From: Candidatus Woesearchaeota archaeon
Lineage (GTDB): Archaea; Nanobdellota; Nanobdellia; Woesearchaeales; ARS49
Direction of reading: 5' to 3'
Assembly (NCBI GenBank): GCA_018302815.1
Contig: JAGVZE010000009.1
Location: 56,149-120,148 of the forward strand
Length of the DNA: 64,000 nt
Under the pieces are notes generated by a model. The model saw nothing but the letters and a program-made list of their open reading frames with translations, was not told the origin of the DNA and made no database searches. Every line of letters begins with the position of its first letter. Position 1 is the stretch's first letter. A program made the translations under genes and the position numbers. Below are positions 27,336 to 35,544 of the stretch, piece after piece.

Positions 27336-27737
27336 ATTACCCTTTCTAAACGCGTTCGCCTGCCCTGAAAACTGAACCTTCACCTGCAAACTATCCGAAA
27401 GAAAATGGCGGAACTCATTAATCCAGCTCTCGCGATACTTTCCCGAAATTATGCGCACAGTCCAAGACCTATCACTTGTCTTCTCGCAAGTTATCTGCGC
27501 CTCGTTTCTTATACGGTCAACCGCGCCTTTGAACAAAGACTCAAATATTCCCGGATTCTCAATCTTCTGAGAAAATTCAACGTCAAGCTCATCTATCAAA
27601 GGAGTGTCAGAAACAGCACGCCTCGCGATGCGCACAACACGCATCGAAACGAACTCACGCGCAGCAGCATCCTTCTCCTTTTGAAACTTATCAGGCAAAC
27701 GCAAACTACCATCAGGATTAAAAGAAAACAAAGCCAT
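27315..27737 (-). CDS. hypothetical protein
   Basis: 140-aa ORF downstream of the hydrolase gene. Confidence 0.35.
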   Translation of the reverse strand: MALFSFNPDGSLRLPDKFQKEKDAAAREFVSMRVVRIARRAVSDTPLIDELDVEFSQKIENPGIFESLFKGAVDRIRNEAQITCEKTSDRSWTVRIISGKYRESWINEFRHFLSDSLQVKVQFSGQANAFRKGNSYSFAD

Positions 27738-27740
27738 ATC

Positions 27741-28649
27741 TTAACCAGGCAAATGCTTAAGCCAGCCCTCAACAACATCCTGCGCCTTATGCTCGTACAA
27801 ACAAAAACAATGGTCAGCAGACTTAACCATAATTTCTTTAGAATAAGGATGAGTGAACTTCTGGCCAAGAATTCGAAGCATCTTTTTCACAGACATCGCC
27901 GCGAACTCCTCCTTCTCTCCAAACAAACTCAGCACCGGAACCTTGATTTTAGACACCATCTTCATCGAACCCTCATAATTGAACAAATTACCCTCAATGC
28001 TTCCCGGACGATAAATCTCATAATAACGCTTCGCGCAAAAATACGTAGGCTCAACCTCAAAAGGCAAAATCTCCTTACCCTTGCCTGAGCGCACAAGTTT
28101 CCTTGCGACCTCAAGATGCGCATTAAACGCGCGCCTGCCAAGCCTTTTCACCTGATAATTCGTATCATCCGCAGGACCAAGAAGAATTATTCCTTTGACA
28201 TTGCGCGCGTTCTTGCGCGCCTGATAATACGCCACCTTCTGACAGCCAGTGCTGTGGCCTGAAAGAATGAACTTCCTATAACCCCTTGCGCGAAGCACCC
28301 TTATAGCCGCGTGAATGTCAAAAACACACTCCTTAAAATTCTCAAAAGACGTTCCGATAGTTCGAGCGATAATGTGATGCCTTAAGCGGTGAAAAGCAGT
28401 GATAGAACCCATACCCCTAGTATTTATAGTGAAAAAAGAAATACCGTTCGAAATCGCAGCGCCCATAATGCTATCAACCAAGCTTAGCCCCACAAAATTA
28501 TCCGTCATTCCGTGGATATGAATGATGCAAGTCTTCGCCCCGGGAGACTCGCACAAAAAACCCTCCAACTGCAAATTATCAAGAGCCTCAAAACTTATCA
28601 ATTCACCAATCATCCTCGTGTAAGTTACCATCAGGACAAGTACCCCCAC
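27741..28649 (-). CDS. alpha/beta-fold hydrolase
   Basis: 'ILSGHSTGCQ' is the GxSxG nucleophile elbow. The catalytic His lies near the C-terminus. 302 aa. Confidence 0.65.
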   Translation of the reverse strand: MGVLVLMVTYTRMIGELISFEALDNLQLEGFLCESPGAKTCIIHIHGMTDNFVGLSLVDSIMGAAISNGISFFTINTRGMGSITAFHRLRHHIIARTIGTSFENFKECVFDIHAAIRVLRARGYRKFILSGHSTGCQKVAYYQARKNARNVKGIILLGPADDTNYQVKRLGRRAFNAHLEVARKLVRSGKGKEILPFEVEPTYFCAKRYYEIYRPGSIEGNLFNYEGSMKMVSKIKVPVLSLFGEKEEFAAMSVKKMLRILGQKFTHPYSKEIMVKSADHCFCLYEHKAQDVVEGWLKHLPG

Positions 28650-29941
28650 GTGTGGAGCCTGTCAGAATCAGTAAACCAGCGAACACCTATATCAGTTCGA
28701 TAAAACATATTCGGAATCATAATGTTACGAACACGCTGATACACCTGCTTTCTCGCATCATCCATCGTGGGGCCTGAACCTGTCACGACAAGAGCATAAC
28801 CAGAATAGCCCGCCAAACGCCAATCGCCCTCAACAAGCTTGACATCACCCAAATGCAAACCATCATCAATCTTCTTCCTGAACATTATAGTCGCATCCTC
28901 TGAATACTTCTTGAACGCGGCAATATCATAGAACGGGAACGGAGGAACCGCAACGACAACGCACACCTGAAAACCCTTTTTCGTCTTCAAATCAAAAGGC
29001 TTCTTATTCGCAAGCGCGTGCAAAAACTCGCCCCACTGAGAGGTCACCCCCTCGATATGCAAACTTATAGTCGGATAACCAAAACGAGTGGTGAACTCCA
29101 ACGGATGAATGCCCTTATTATTCACAATGCAATTAAGGTCAACGTAGCCCACGTAGCCAGACTCGCGCAGCATCGGCAATACTTTCACGAGCGTTTCATT
29201 GAATATACGATTAGACGGAGCCCAATAACAAGAAGTTCCCATCTCTCCAGTAGACGGCCCTATGTCTCCTGGAAACATCCTCTTGTGCTCAAAATTAACA
29301 TTAATCGGACTGATGAAATCAACACCGTTGAAAAACGCGCCAACCGCCACTTCAACACCGCTCGCGTACTTTTGCAGCTGAAAGCCAGTAATCTTCTTTG
29401 ACCACGCCTTTTTGTACAACTCAAGAACTTGAAGCACATCCTTGCCGTCTTCCTCCTGACCGACGTACAAAAGCTCCTTCTCACCAGTCTTACTCGTCGG
29501 TTTTAGAACGTATCGACCGGGATTTTTCTTCACAAAATCAATAGCCTGATCAAAATCCTCGAAATCCCAATGCGGAAGCACGTTCACGCCGACCTTCTTA
29601 AGCTCAGCTTGGCCGAACTCGCGATCCTCCTCAAGCTTATCAGTATACGCGGAGCCCCCGATGACAGCCTTGCCTTCCTTTCGCAATTTATCAGCTGCTT
29701 CGCCAAAAAACACATCATCAAAAACTATGACATCCGCCCAATCCTTGAACTGCTTCCAATCATCTATCTTCTCAACAAAACCATCACAGACATCTTTTTG
29801 CGCCTTCTCGCCGATAAAATATTTCACATCATGGCCTTCCTGCTTAACCTGCCAAGCAAGGTCTCCTATCAGCGCTTCTTCAGACACGAACAGGAATTTC
29901 TTCTTATCAACAGCCTTCTTCTCAACACCGCTTTTTTCCAT
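28631..29941 (-). CDS. ATP-grasp enzyme, PurD-like (phosphoribosylamine--glycine ligase family)
   Basis: 'GPSTGEMGTSCYWAP' resembles PurD 'GPNTGGMGAYSP', within an ATP-grasp central domain. The N-terminal GGREHA motif is not conserved. The start is taken at the internal Met (MEKSGVEKK) of the 28631..30049 ORF. Confidence 0.5.
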   Translation of the reverse strand: MEKSGVEKKAVDKKKFLFVSEEALIGDLAWQVKQEGHDVKYFIGEKAQKDVCDGFVEKIDDWKQFKDWADVIVFDDVFFGEAADKLRKEGKAVIGGSAYTDKLEEDREFGQAELKKVGVNVLPHWDFEDFDQAIDFVKKNPGRYVLKPTSKTGEKELLYVGQEEDGKDVLQVLELYKKAWSKKITGFQLQKYASGVEVAVGAFFNGVDFISPINVNFEHKRMFPGDIGPSTGEMGTSCYWAPSNRIFNETLVKVLPMLRESGYVGYVDLNCIVNNKGIHPLEFTTRFGYPTISLHIEGVTSQWGEFLHALANKKPFDLKTKKGFQVCVVVAVPPFPFYDIAAFKKYSEDATIMFRKKIDDGLHLGDVKLVEGDWRLAGYSGYALVVTGSGPTMDDARKQVYQRVRNIMIPNMFYRTDIGVRWFTDSDRLHTWGYLS

Positions 29942-30023
29942 GAAATAAACAAATGAATGTTCTATATTTAAACATTCTCGTCCAAAACATTTATCAACCT
30001 TATCAATCATTACAAAATTAAAA

Positions 30024-31358
30024 ATGACTCCCCTCACGCTGACCATCATTTTTTTCTTAATCTACATCGCAATCCTTTTGGCAATAGGCATCATTTCTGC
30101 AAGAAAATCAAGCGAAGAAGATTTCATGCTCGCAAACCGCAGTGTTGCAGGGTTTCAAGTCGCCGCAACAATGAGCGCAAGCTTCTTTGACGGCTCTGTC
30201 CTCGCAATCTACCTTGCCTACGTCTATCAATATGGATTTTCAGCAATCTGGCTGTTCATCGGCCTTGCAATCGGCTTTCTCCTCTTAAGAAAATATGCAG
30301 GAATAATCAAACACAAAGCAGACGAGCTAAAAGTATATTCGATGCCAGAGTACTTCTTTAAAATATTCGGCAAGAAAAACGGCCTTATGTTCTCACTGCT
30401 CCTCGTCCTTCAATTCTTCTTACTCCTAGTCGTCAATTTAGTCATCAGCGGCAAAGTATTATCGGCCATTTTTCCGCTAAAGTACTCTCTTGCCGTTGCC
30501 ATCGGCGGAGCAATCGTTCTTACCTATCTTTTGCTTGCAGGCTTCAAAGCAGTAGTTCACACTGATTTCTTCCAACTCATCATAATGTTTGTGCTTAGCC
30601 TTTCCGTTGGAATTTTTCTTTTAGGTAAAACACACATTCCCGCATCAGAATTCAATCTTGGCACTCTTGGCGCCGGCAACATTGTAGGCTTCCTCCTAAT
30701 CGCAGGCCTTGGAATAATGGTCGCACCGGATGTATGGCAGCGAATTTTTGCGACAAAAGACGAAAAAAACCTAAAACGAGGCCTGAGCTACGTCACCATC
30801 ATCCTCCCAGCTCTTGCAACCATCATCAGCATCGTAGGTCTTGCCACAAAACAAGCCTTCCCAAACATACTGCCTGAAGACGCACTCGTCACAGGATTTT
30901 CACACCTTCTCCCATTCGGACTCAAAGAATTCGGCATGGTGCTGCTATACGCTGTCGCACTATCATCATCTGATACAGTCACATTTGTGGTTTCATCAAT
31001 ATTTACACGCGACATAAAAAACTACACTAAACGATACAGCGAAGAATCGATGAAAAAACTGACCCGCGTTTCCATGGTCTTTTTTATCGTTCTCGCAGTA
31101 ATCACCGGCATCATCTATCAAGATATCTTGTCACTGGGATTTTCTCTTGCCAGCCTTAATCTTGCATTATTTCCCGTCGTTTTTGGCTCACTATATTGGA
31201 AACTCAAAGAAAATGCAGTGTTCTGGAGCTTAGTGCTCGCCCTTGTCAGCGTCATAATTCTATTCGCAACACAATCGCTCAGCCCAGAAACCGCAATCAT
31301 ATCTTTGCCAGTATCACTCCTATCATTACTTCTATTCCAAAAAATACTTAAAAAATAA
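30024..31358 (+). CDS. sodium:solute symporter family transporter
   Basis: 444 aa with about 12 TM segments. The N-terminal 'ARKSSEEDFMLANRSVAGF' matches the SSS signature (SxEDFxLAgRS). Confidence 0.7.
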   Translation: MTPLTLTIIFFLIYIAILLAIGIISARKSSEEDFMLANRSVAGFQVAATMSASFFDGSVLAIYLAYVYQYGFSAIWLFIGLAIGFLLLRKYAGIIKHKADELKVYSMPEYFFKIFGKKNGLMFSLLLVLQFFLLLVVNLVISGKVLSAIFPLKYSLAVAIGGAIVLTYLLLAGFKAVVHTDFFQLIIMFVLSLSVGIFLLGKTHIPASEFNLGTLGAGNIVGFLLIAGLGIMVAPDVWQRIFATKDEKNLKRGLSYVTIILPALATIISIVGLATKQAFPNILPEDALVTGFSHLLPFGLKEFGMVLLYAVALSSSDTVTFVVSSIFTRDIKNYTKRYSEESMKKLTRVSMVFFIVLAVITGIIYQDILSLGFSLASLNLALFPVVFGSLYWKLKENAVFWSLVLALVSVIILFATQSLSPETAIISLPVSLLSLLLFQKILKK

Positions 31359-31431
31359 CTAATCGACAATCAATCAACAGTGTTCCCACACAACTTTTTT
31401 AAAGTTCATCACACTAAAACATCATAAAAAG

Positions 31432-31833
31432 GTGATATCAATGGCAATCAAGACAGATATAGGCGCTTACAAGAAAATCCCTGCGAGCTACTTCCAAAAA
31501 CTGCAGCTTAGAATCGCGACGATAGTACGCATCGTTAAACACCCAAAGAACAAATCGCTTTATGTTCTAGGGCTGGACTGCGCAGCAGCAGATGAAGACA
31601 TGCAAGTTGTAGCCAAGCTCGCCGACAGCCACAAAATGGAACATCTAATCGGAAAACAAACAATCGTACTCTGCAACCTCAAACCAACAGAAGTGCAAGG
31701 AATTGAAAGCGACGGAGTCCTCCTCACATCATTCAAAGGCAAAAAACCAGTCCTCATCTCACCGCAAACGCCAACGCCATCCGGCGGACGAGTCAGCCTG
31801 CTAGGCGCCACTGAAACAGCATTCAAAGGCTAA
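31432..31833 (+). CDS. tRNA-binding domain protein (CsaA/Trbp111/MetRS C-terminal-like)
   Basis: 'LRIATIVRIVKHPKNKSLYVLGLD...KQTIVLCNLKPTEVQGIESDGVLL' matches the OB-fold tRNA-binding domain pattern. Confidence 0.7.
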   Translation: MISMAIKTDIGAYKKIPASYFQKLQLRIATIVRIVKHPKNKSLYVLGLDCAAADEDMQVVAKLADSHKMEHLIGKQTIVLCNLKPTEVQGIESDGVLLTSFKGKKPVLISPQTPTPSGGRVSLLGATETAFKG

Positions 31834-31835
31834 CA

Positions 31836-33140
31836 ATGGGACGATTCGCCTACGACATAAGAGGCGTCTATCCTGACGAAGTCAACGAAGAATTAGCATA
31901 CCGCGCAGGACGGGCAATAGCGCTCTTTCTAAAAGCAAAAAACGTAATCGTAGGACGCGACTGCAGAACATCAAGCCTCGCCCTCAAAAAATCACTAATC
32001 TACGGCCTTGCCGACCAAGGATGCCACGTGACCGACATAGGATACTGCAACACGCCAATGGCGTATTTCGCATCTCAAAAACAGCACGCGCTAATGGTCA
32101 CAGCATCGCACAACCCCGCCAAATATAATGGAATAAAAATCACGCGCAAAGGAGTAGAACCCATCGGCGAACACAACGGACTTGGGCGAATCGAAAAACT
32201 CCTTGACAAATGCCATTATCCTCTACCTAGAACGAAAGGAACTGTAAAACCAGGACACCTGCTAAAAGATTACGTCAAATACGTGCGAGCGTTTGTTCGC
32301 GGACGATACAAGCCAATACGCGCGCTAATCGACTGCGGAAACGCAATGGCAGGATACGTCGTTCCTGAACTTCTAAAGGGACTGCCAATCAAATACGAAC
32401 TACTATACGCAGAACTCGACGGCACTTTTCCAAACCACACGCCTAATCCAGCAATACCAGAAAACACAAAAGACCTTGAGCGGGCCATGCGCAAAGGCAG
32501 ATACGACATAGGAATCGCGTACGACGGCGACTGCGATAGAGCATACTTCATTGACGAAAAAGGAAACAGAATACGGCCCGAAATCATAGAAATACTATTC
32601 GCCAAGGAACTAATGAAAAAAGGTGAAAGCCTAGTCTACACTGTAAACTGCAGCAAAATAGTAAAAGACGCCGCGAGCGAACTTGGATTCAAAGCGCACC
32701 CATCGCCGATCGGACACACTGAAATTCCGCGCACGATGAAAAAACACAAATCAGTTGTCGCAGCCGAAATAACAGGCCATTTCTACTTCAAAAAATTCAA
32801 ATACGCAGACAGCGCGGACATAGCCGCGCTGCTGATGCTCAAAATATTATCGAAAAGCAGCAAAAAGATGAGCGAACTAATCAAGCCGTATCAAAGATAC
32901 GCCACAAGCGAAGAACTCAACTTCAGAGTCAAAAACAAACAAGCAGTCCTCAAACGAGTAGAACTTGCGCACAAAGAAATGCACACCAAACGCATAGACG
33001 GGCTTAGCGTAGACGCAGGCGACTACTGGTTCAACATGAGAATCAGCAAAACAGAAGATTATGTAAGATTGAACGTGGAAGCGCGCACACAACAGAAACT
33101 ATTAAATGCTGTACAGACACTAACAAAACTCGTTCAATGA
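31836..33140 (+). CDS. phosphohexomutase (phosphoglucosamine/phosphomannomutase family)
   Basis: 'VTASHNPAKYNGIKI' is the active-site phosphoserine loop (TASHNP). A metal-binding 'DGDCDR' motif is present. Confidence 0.8.
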   Translation: MGRFAYDIRGVYPDEVNEELAYRAGRAIALFLKAKNVIVGRDCRTSSLALKKSLIYGLADQGCHVTDIGYCNTPMAYFASQKQHALMVTASHNPAKYNGIKITRKGVEPIGEHNGLGRIEKLLDKCHYPLPRTKGTVKPGHLLKDYVKYVRAFVRGRYKPIRALIDCGNAMAGYVVPELLKGLPIKYELLYAELDGTFPNHTPNPAIPENTKDLERAMRKGRYDIGIAYDGDCDRAYFIDEKGNRIRPEIIEILFAKELMKKGESLVYTVNCSKIVKDAASELGFKAHPSPIGHTEIPRTMKKHKSVVAAEITGHFYFKKFKYADSADIAALLMLKILSKSSKKMSELIKPYQRYATSEELNFRVKNKQAVLKRVELAHKEMHTKRIDGLSVDAGDYWFNMRISKTEDYVRLNVEARTQQKLLNAVQTLTKLVQ

Positions 33141-33721
33141 ATTCACCATACGTAACTGCAAATCTAACAATGCGTGTTCTTGGAGACCATTTGCCCTGCC
33201 CATACCTACTATACACGCTGGACGTGACAGAAGGACGATGCGAAGAGAAACTAAAACTCGACGCGTTCAAAACCATAACACAAAGTGCACGCGACAGCAT
33301 CCTCGATCACAAAAGTGAAAGGTGGAGACCTGTAAAAAATCTCTACCACTCCCTTAAAGACATCCTGCCGCTCTATTTAAGCATGAGCGACCAACCACTT
33401 CTACAGCCATTCGCGCAATCACAACTACTCATACCAAAAGACAACCGCGCCCTGCACCCAGTAGATGAACTGCGAACGCTCCAAATGATACTAGATGAAC
33501 TCTCCTCACGCGACCCGACATATTTCAACGCAAGCACGCAACCGCTCATCCAAAACATAGGCGATAGACCTATCGACCCGCGCGTATACCGCTTCTTAAG
33601 AAAAGCATACAGAGAGCTCACCCCTTCGGGTAACATTTATAAACCCACCTCTCAAAACCCAAGCCATGGTGAAGAAGAAAAAGGCGGAAGAAGCTCACAC
33701 GAGCGAAAACGCCCAGCCTGA
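33137..33721 (+). CDS. hypothetical protein
   Basis: 194-aa ORF. Its 3' end overlaps the aIF2-gamma start by 56 nt in another frame, so the true C-terminus is uncertain. Confidence 0.3.
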   Translation: MNSPYVTANLTMRVLGDHLPCPYLLYTLDVTEGRCEEKLKLDAFKTITQSARDSILDHKSERWRPVKNLYHSLKDILPLYLSMSDQPLLQPFAQSQLLIPKDNRALHPVDELRTLQMILDELSSRDPTYFNASTQPLIQNIGDRPIDPRVYRFLRKAYRELTPSGNIYKPTSQNPSHGEEEKGGRSSHERKRPA

Positions 33722-34934
33722 AGTCAACATAGGCATGATAGGCCACGTCGACCACGGTAAAACCACACTCGTACAAACCCTCTCCGGCAAGTGGACAGAC
33801 ACCCACAGCGAAGAGATAAAACGAGGAATCACAATCCGCCTAGGATACGCGGATGTCACATTCTACCAATGCCAAACCTGCGAAGGCTCAGACGCGTATG
33901 TCGTACAGCCAAAATGCCCAAAATGCGGAAATGACGCGAAACCTTTACGCAGAATCTCGCTCGTAGACGCCCCCGGACACGAAAGCCTCATGGCAACAAT
34001 GCTATGCGGAGCCAACATAATGGACGGCGCGCTGCTTTTGGTATCGGCGGCAGAAATCTGCCCGCAGCCGCAAACACGAGAACACCTGCAAGCCCTAGAA
34101 ATAATGGGCATCAAAAACCTCATCATAATACAAAACAAAATAGACCTTGTCAAAGAAGAGCAAGCCAAGAAAAACTACGACGAAATCAAAACGTTCCTCA
34201 AAGGCACGCAGTTCGAAAACGCGCCAATCATACCAATGAGCGCCTTGCACTCAATCAACCTCGATGTACTCATCCAGACAATCCAAGAAATCATTCCAAC
34301 TCCAAAACGAGACCTTGACGCAAACCCGCTAATGTTCATCGCGCGAAGCTTTGACATCAACAAGCCAGGATACACCCCTGACAAACTAGTCGGCGGAGTG
34401 CTCGGAGGAGCGCTCAAACAAGGAAAATTCATCGAAGGAGCAGAAATAGAAATAGTCCCAGGCTACGAAGTTCAGGAGAAAAACCAGAAAATCTGGAAGC
34501 CTCTTCGCGCAAAAATAGTATCGCTAATGACCGGAGGCCAAAAATCACACGAAGTTGTGCCCGGCGGAAGCATCGCAGTCATGACCTCGCTTGATCCGAG
34601 CGTGGTCAAAAGCGACAAGCTAGTAGGCTCAATCGCAGGACTACCCGGCACGCTGCCGCCTCTAAGATACGAACTCAAACTGGAAACACACCTGCTTGAA
34701 AGAGTAGTCGGCGCAAAAGACAAACTCGTAGTCGAGCCGGTCAAAATGGCAGAAGTGCTAATGCTCAACGTCAACGCAGCCGCGACAGTAGGAGTAGTAA
34801 AAGAGCTTGGCAAAAACACCATCAAAGTCGTTCTAAAAAAACCAGTATGCGCGCAAGCCGGCGCACGCGTCACAATGGGACGCAACCTCGGACAACGATG
34901 GCGACTCATCGGCTACGGAATAATCAAGCAGTAA
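33666..34934 (+). CDS. eif2g: translation initiation factor aIF-2 gamma subunit
   Basis: 'NIGMIGHVDHGKTTL' is the G1 motif and 'RGITIRLGYA' follows it. The zinc-ribbon insertion CxxC...CPKC is typical of aIF2-gamma. 'DAPGHE' is the G3 motif. Confidence 0.9.
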   Translation: MVKKKKAEEAHTSENAQPEVNIGMIGHVDHGKTTLVQTLSGKWTDTHSEEIKRGITIRLGYADVTFYQCQTCEGSDAYVVQPKCPKCGNDAKPLRRISLVDAPGHESLMATMLCGANIMDGALLLVSAAEICPQPQTREHLQALEIMGIKNLIIIQNKIDLVKEEQAKKNYDEIKTFLKGTQFENAPIIPMSALHSINLDVLIQTIQEIIPTPKRDLDANPLMFIARSFDINKPGYTPDKLVGGVLGGALKQGKFIEGAEIEIVPGYEVQEKNQKIWKPLRAKIVSLMTGGQKSHEVVPGGSIAVMTSLDPSVVKSDKLVGSIAGLPGTLPPLRYELKLETHLLERVVGAKDKLVVEPVKMAEVLMLNVNAAATVGVVKELGKNTIKVVLKKPVCAQAGARVTMGRNLGQRWRLIGYGIIKQ

Positions 34935-35544
34935 ACCTTTTCACCACAAATTCTATCGCAATACGAGTATCCTCATCCTCGGTGAAAGAACAATAACCAA
35001 GATACCTTGGAATCTGCTCCTTCAAACCGACAACGAACTGGCCCGAATGGCTCGCGACGCACTCCTTGAAATCCTCCTCACTTCTAGGCCATTCAAACCC
35101 CGTCCCAACCATACGACTGAATGAATCGATAAGACAAACATTCCACGCGTAATCAAAGCCGGAAAGCGAAGAAAGCCACTTTGCCATATCTATCTTGATA
35201 GTACCCGCAAGATTCACCGCGCAATCCTCTTCCTTTCGAAGATAATGATACTCAAGAGCCTCAACATCAACATTCACGTGGAAAAACGTCGGCTCCTCAC
35301 GATAAAACGCGACACCAATAAGAAAATCGACAAGCTCCAAAAGATGTGCAGGATTCATCAACGCGGATTTTAACGACGCTCCTGAAACAACCAAATCATT
35401 GCCTGTCTGACGAGAAAGATAAGAACATAAAAGCTCACCACCATCTCCAAAATCTTTCAAATGCGTATCAAGCATACGCGCGTTAGAATAGAAAACAACT
35501 CCCCCTGAACGCACAAATTCTTCAAGACTCATCGGCAAACGCAA
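34924..35544 (-). CDS. hypothetical protein
   Basis: 206 aa. Overlaps the stop of the upstream surface-protein gene. Confidence 0.4.
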   Translation of the reverse strand: MRLPMSLEEFVRSGGVVFYSNARMLDTHLKDFGDGGELLCSYLSRQTGNDLVVSGASLKSALMNPAHLLELVDFLIGVAFYREEPTFFHVNVDVEALEYHYLRKEEDCAVNLAGTIKIDMAKWLSSLSGFDYAWNVCLIDSFSRMVGTGFEWPRSEEDFKECVASHSGQFVVGLKEQIPRYLGYCSFTEDEDTRIAIEFVVKRFTA

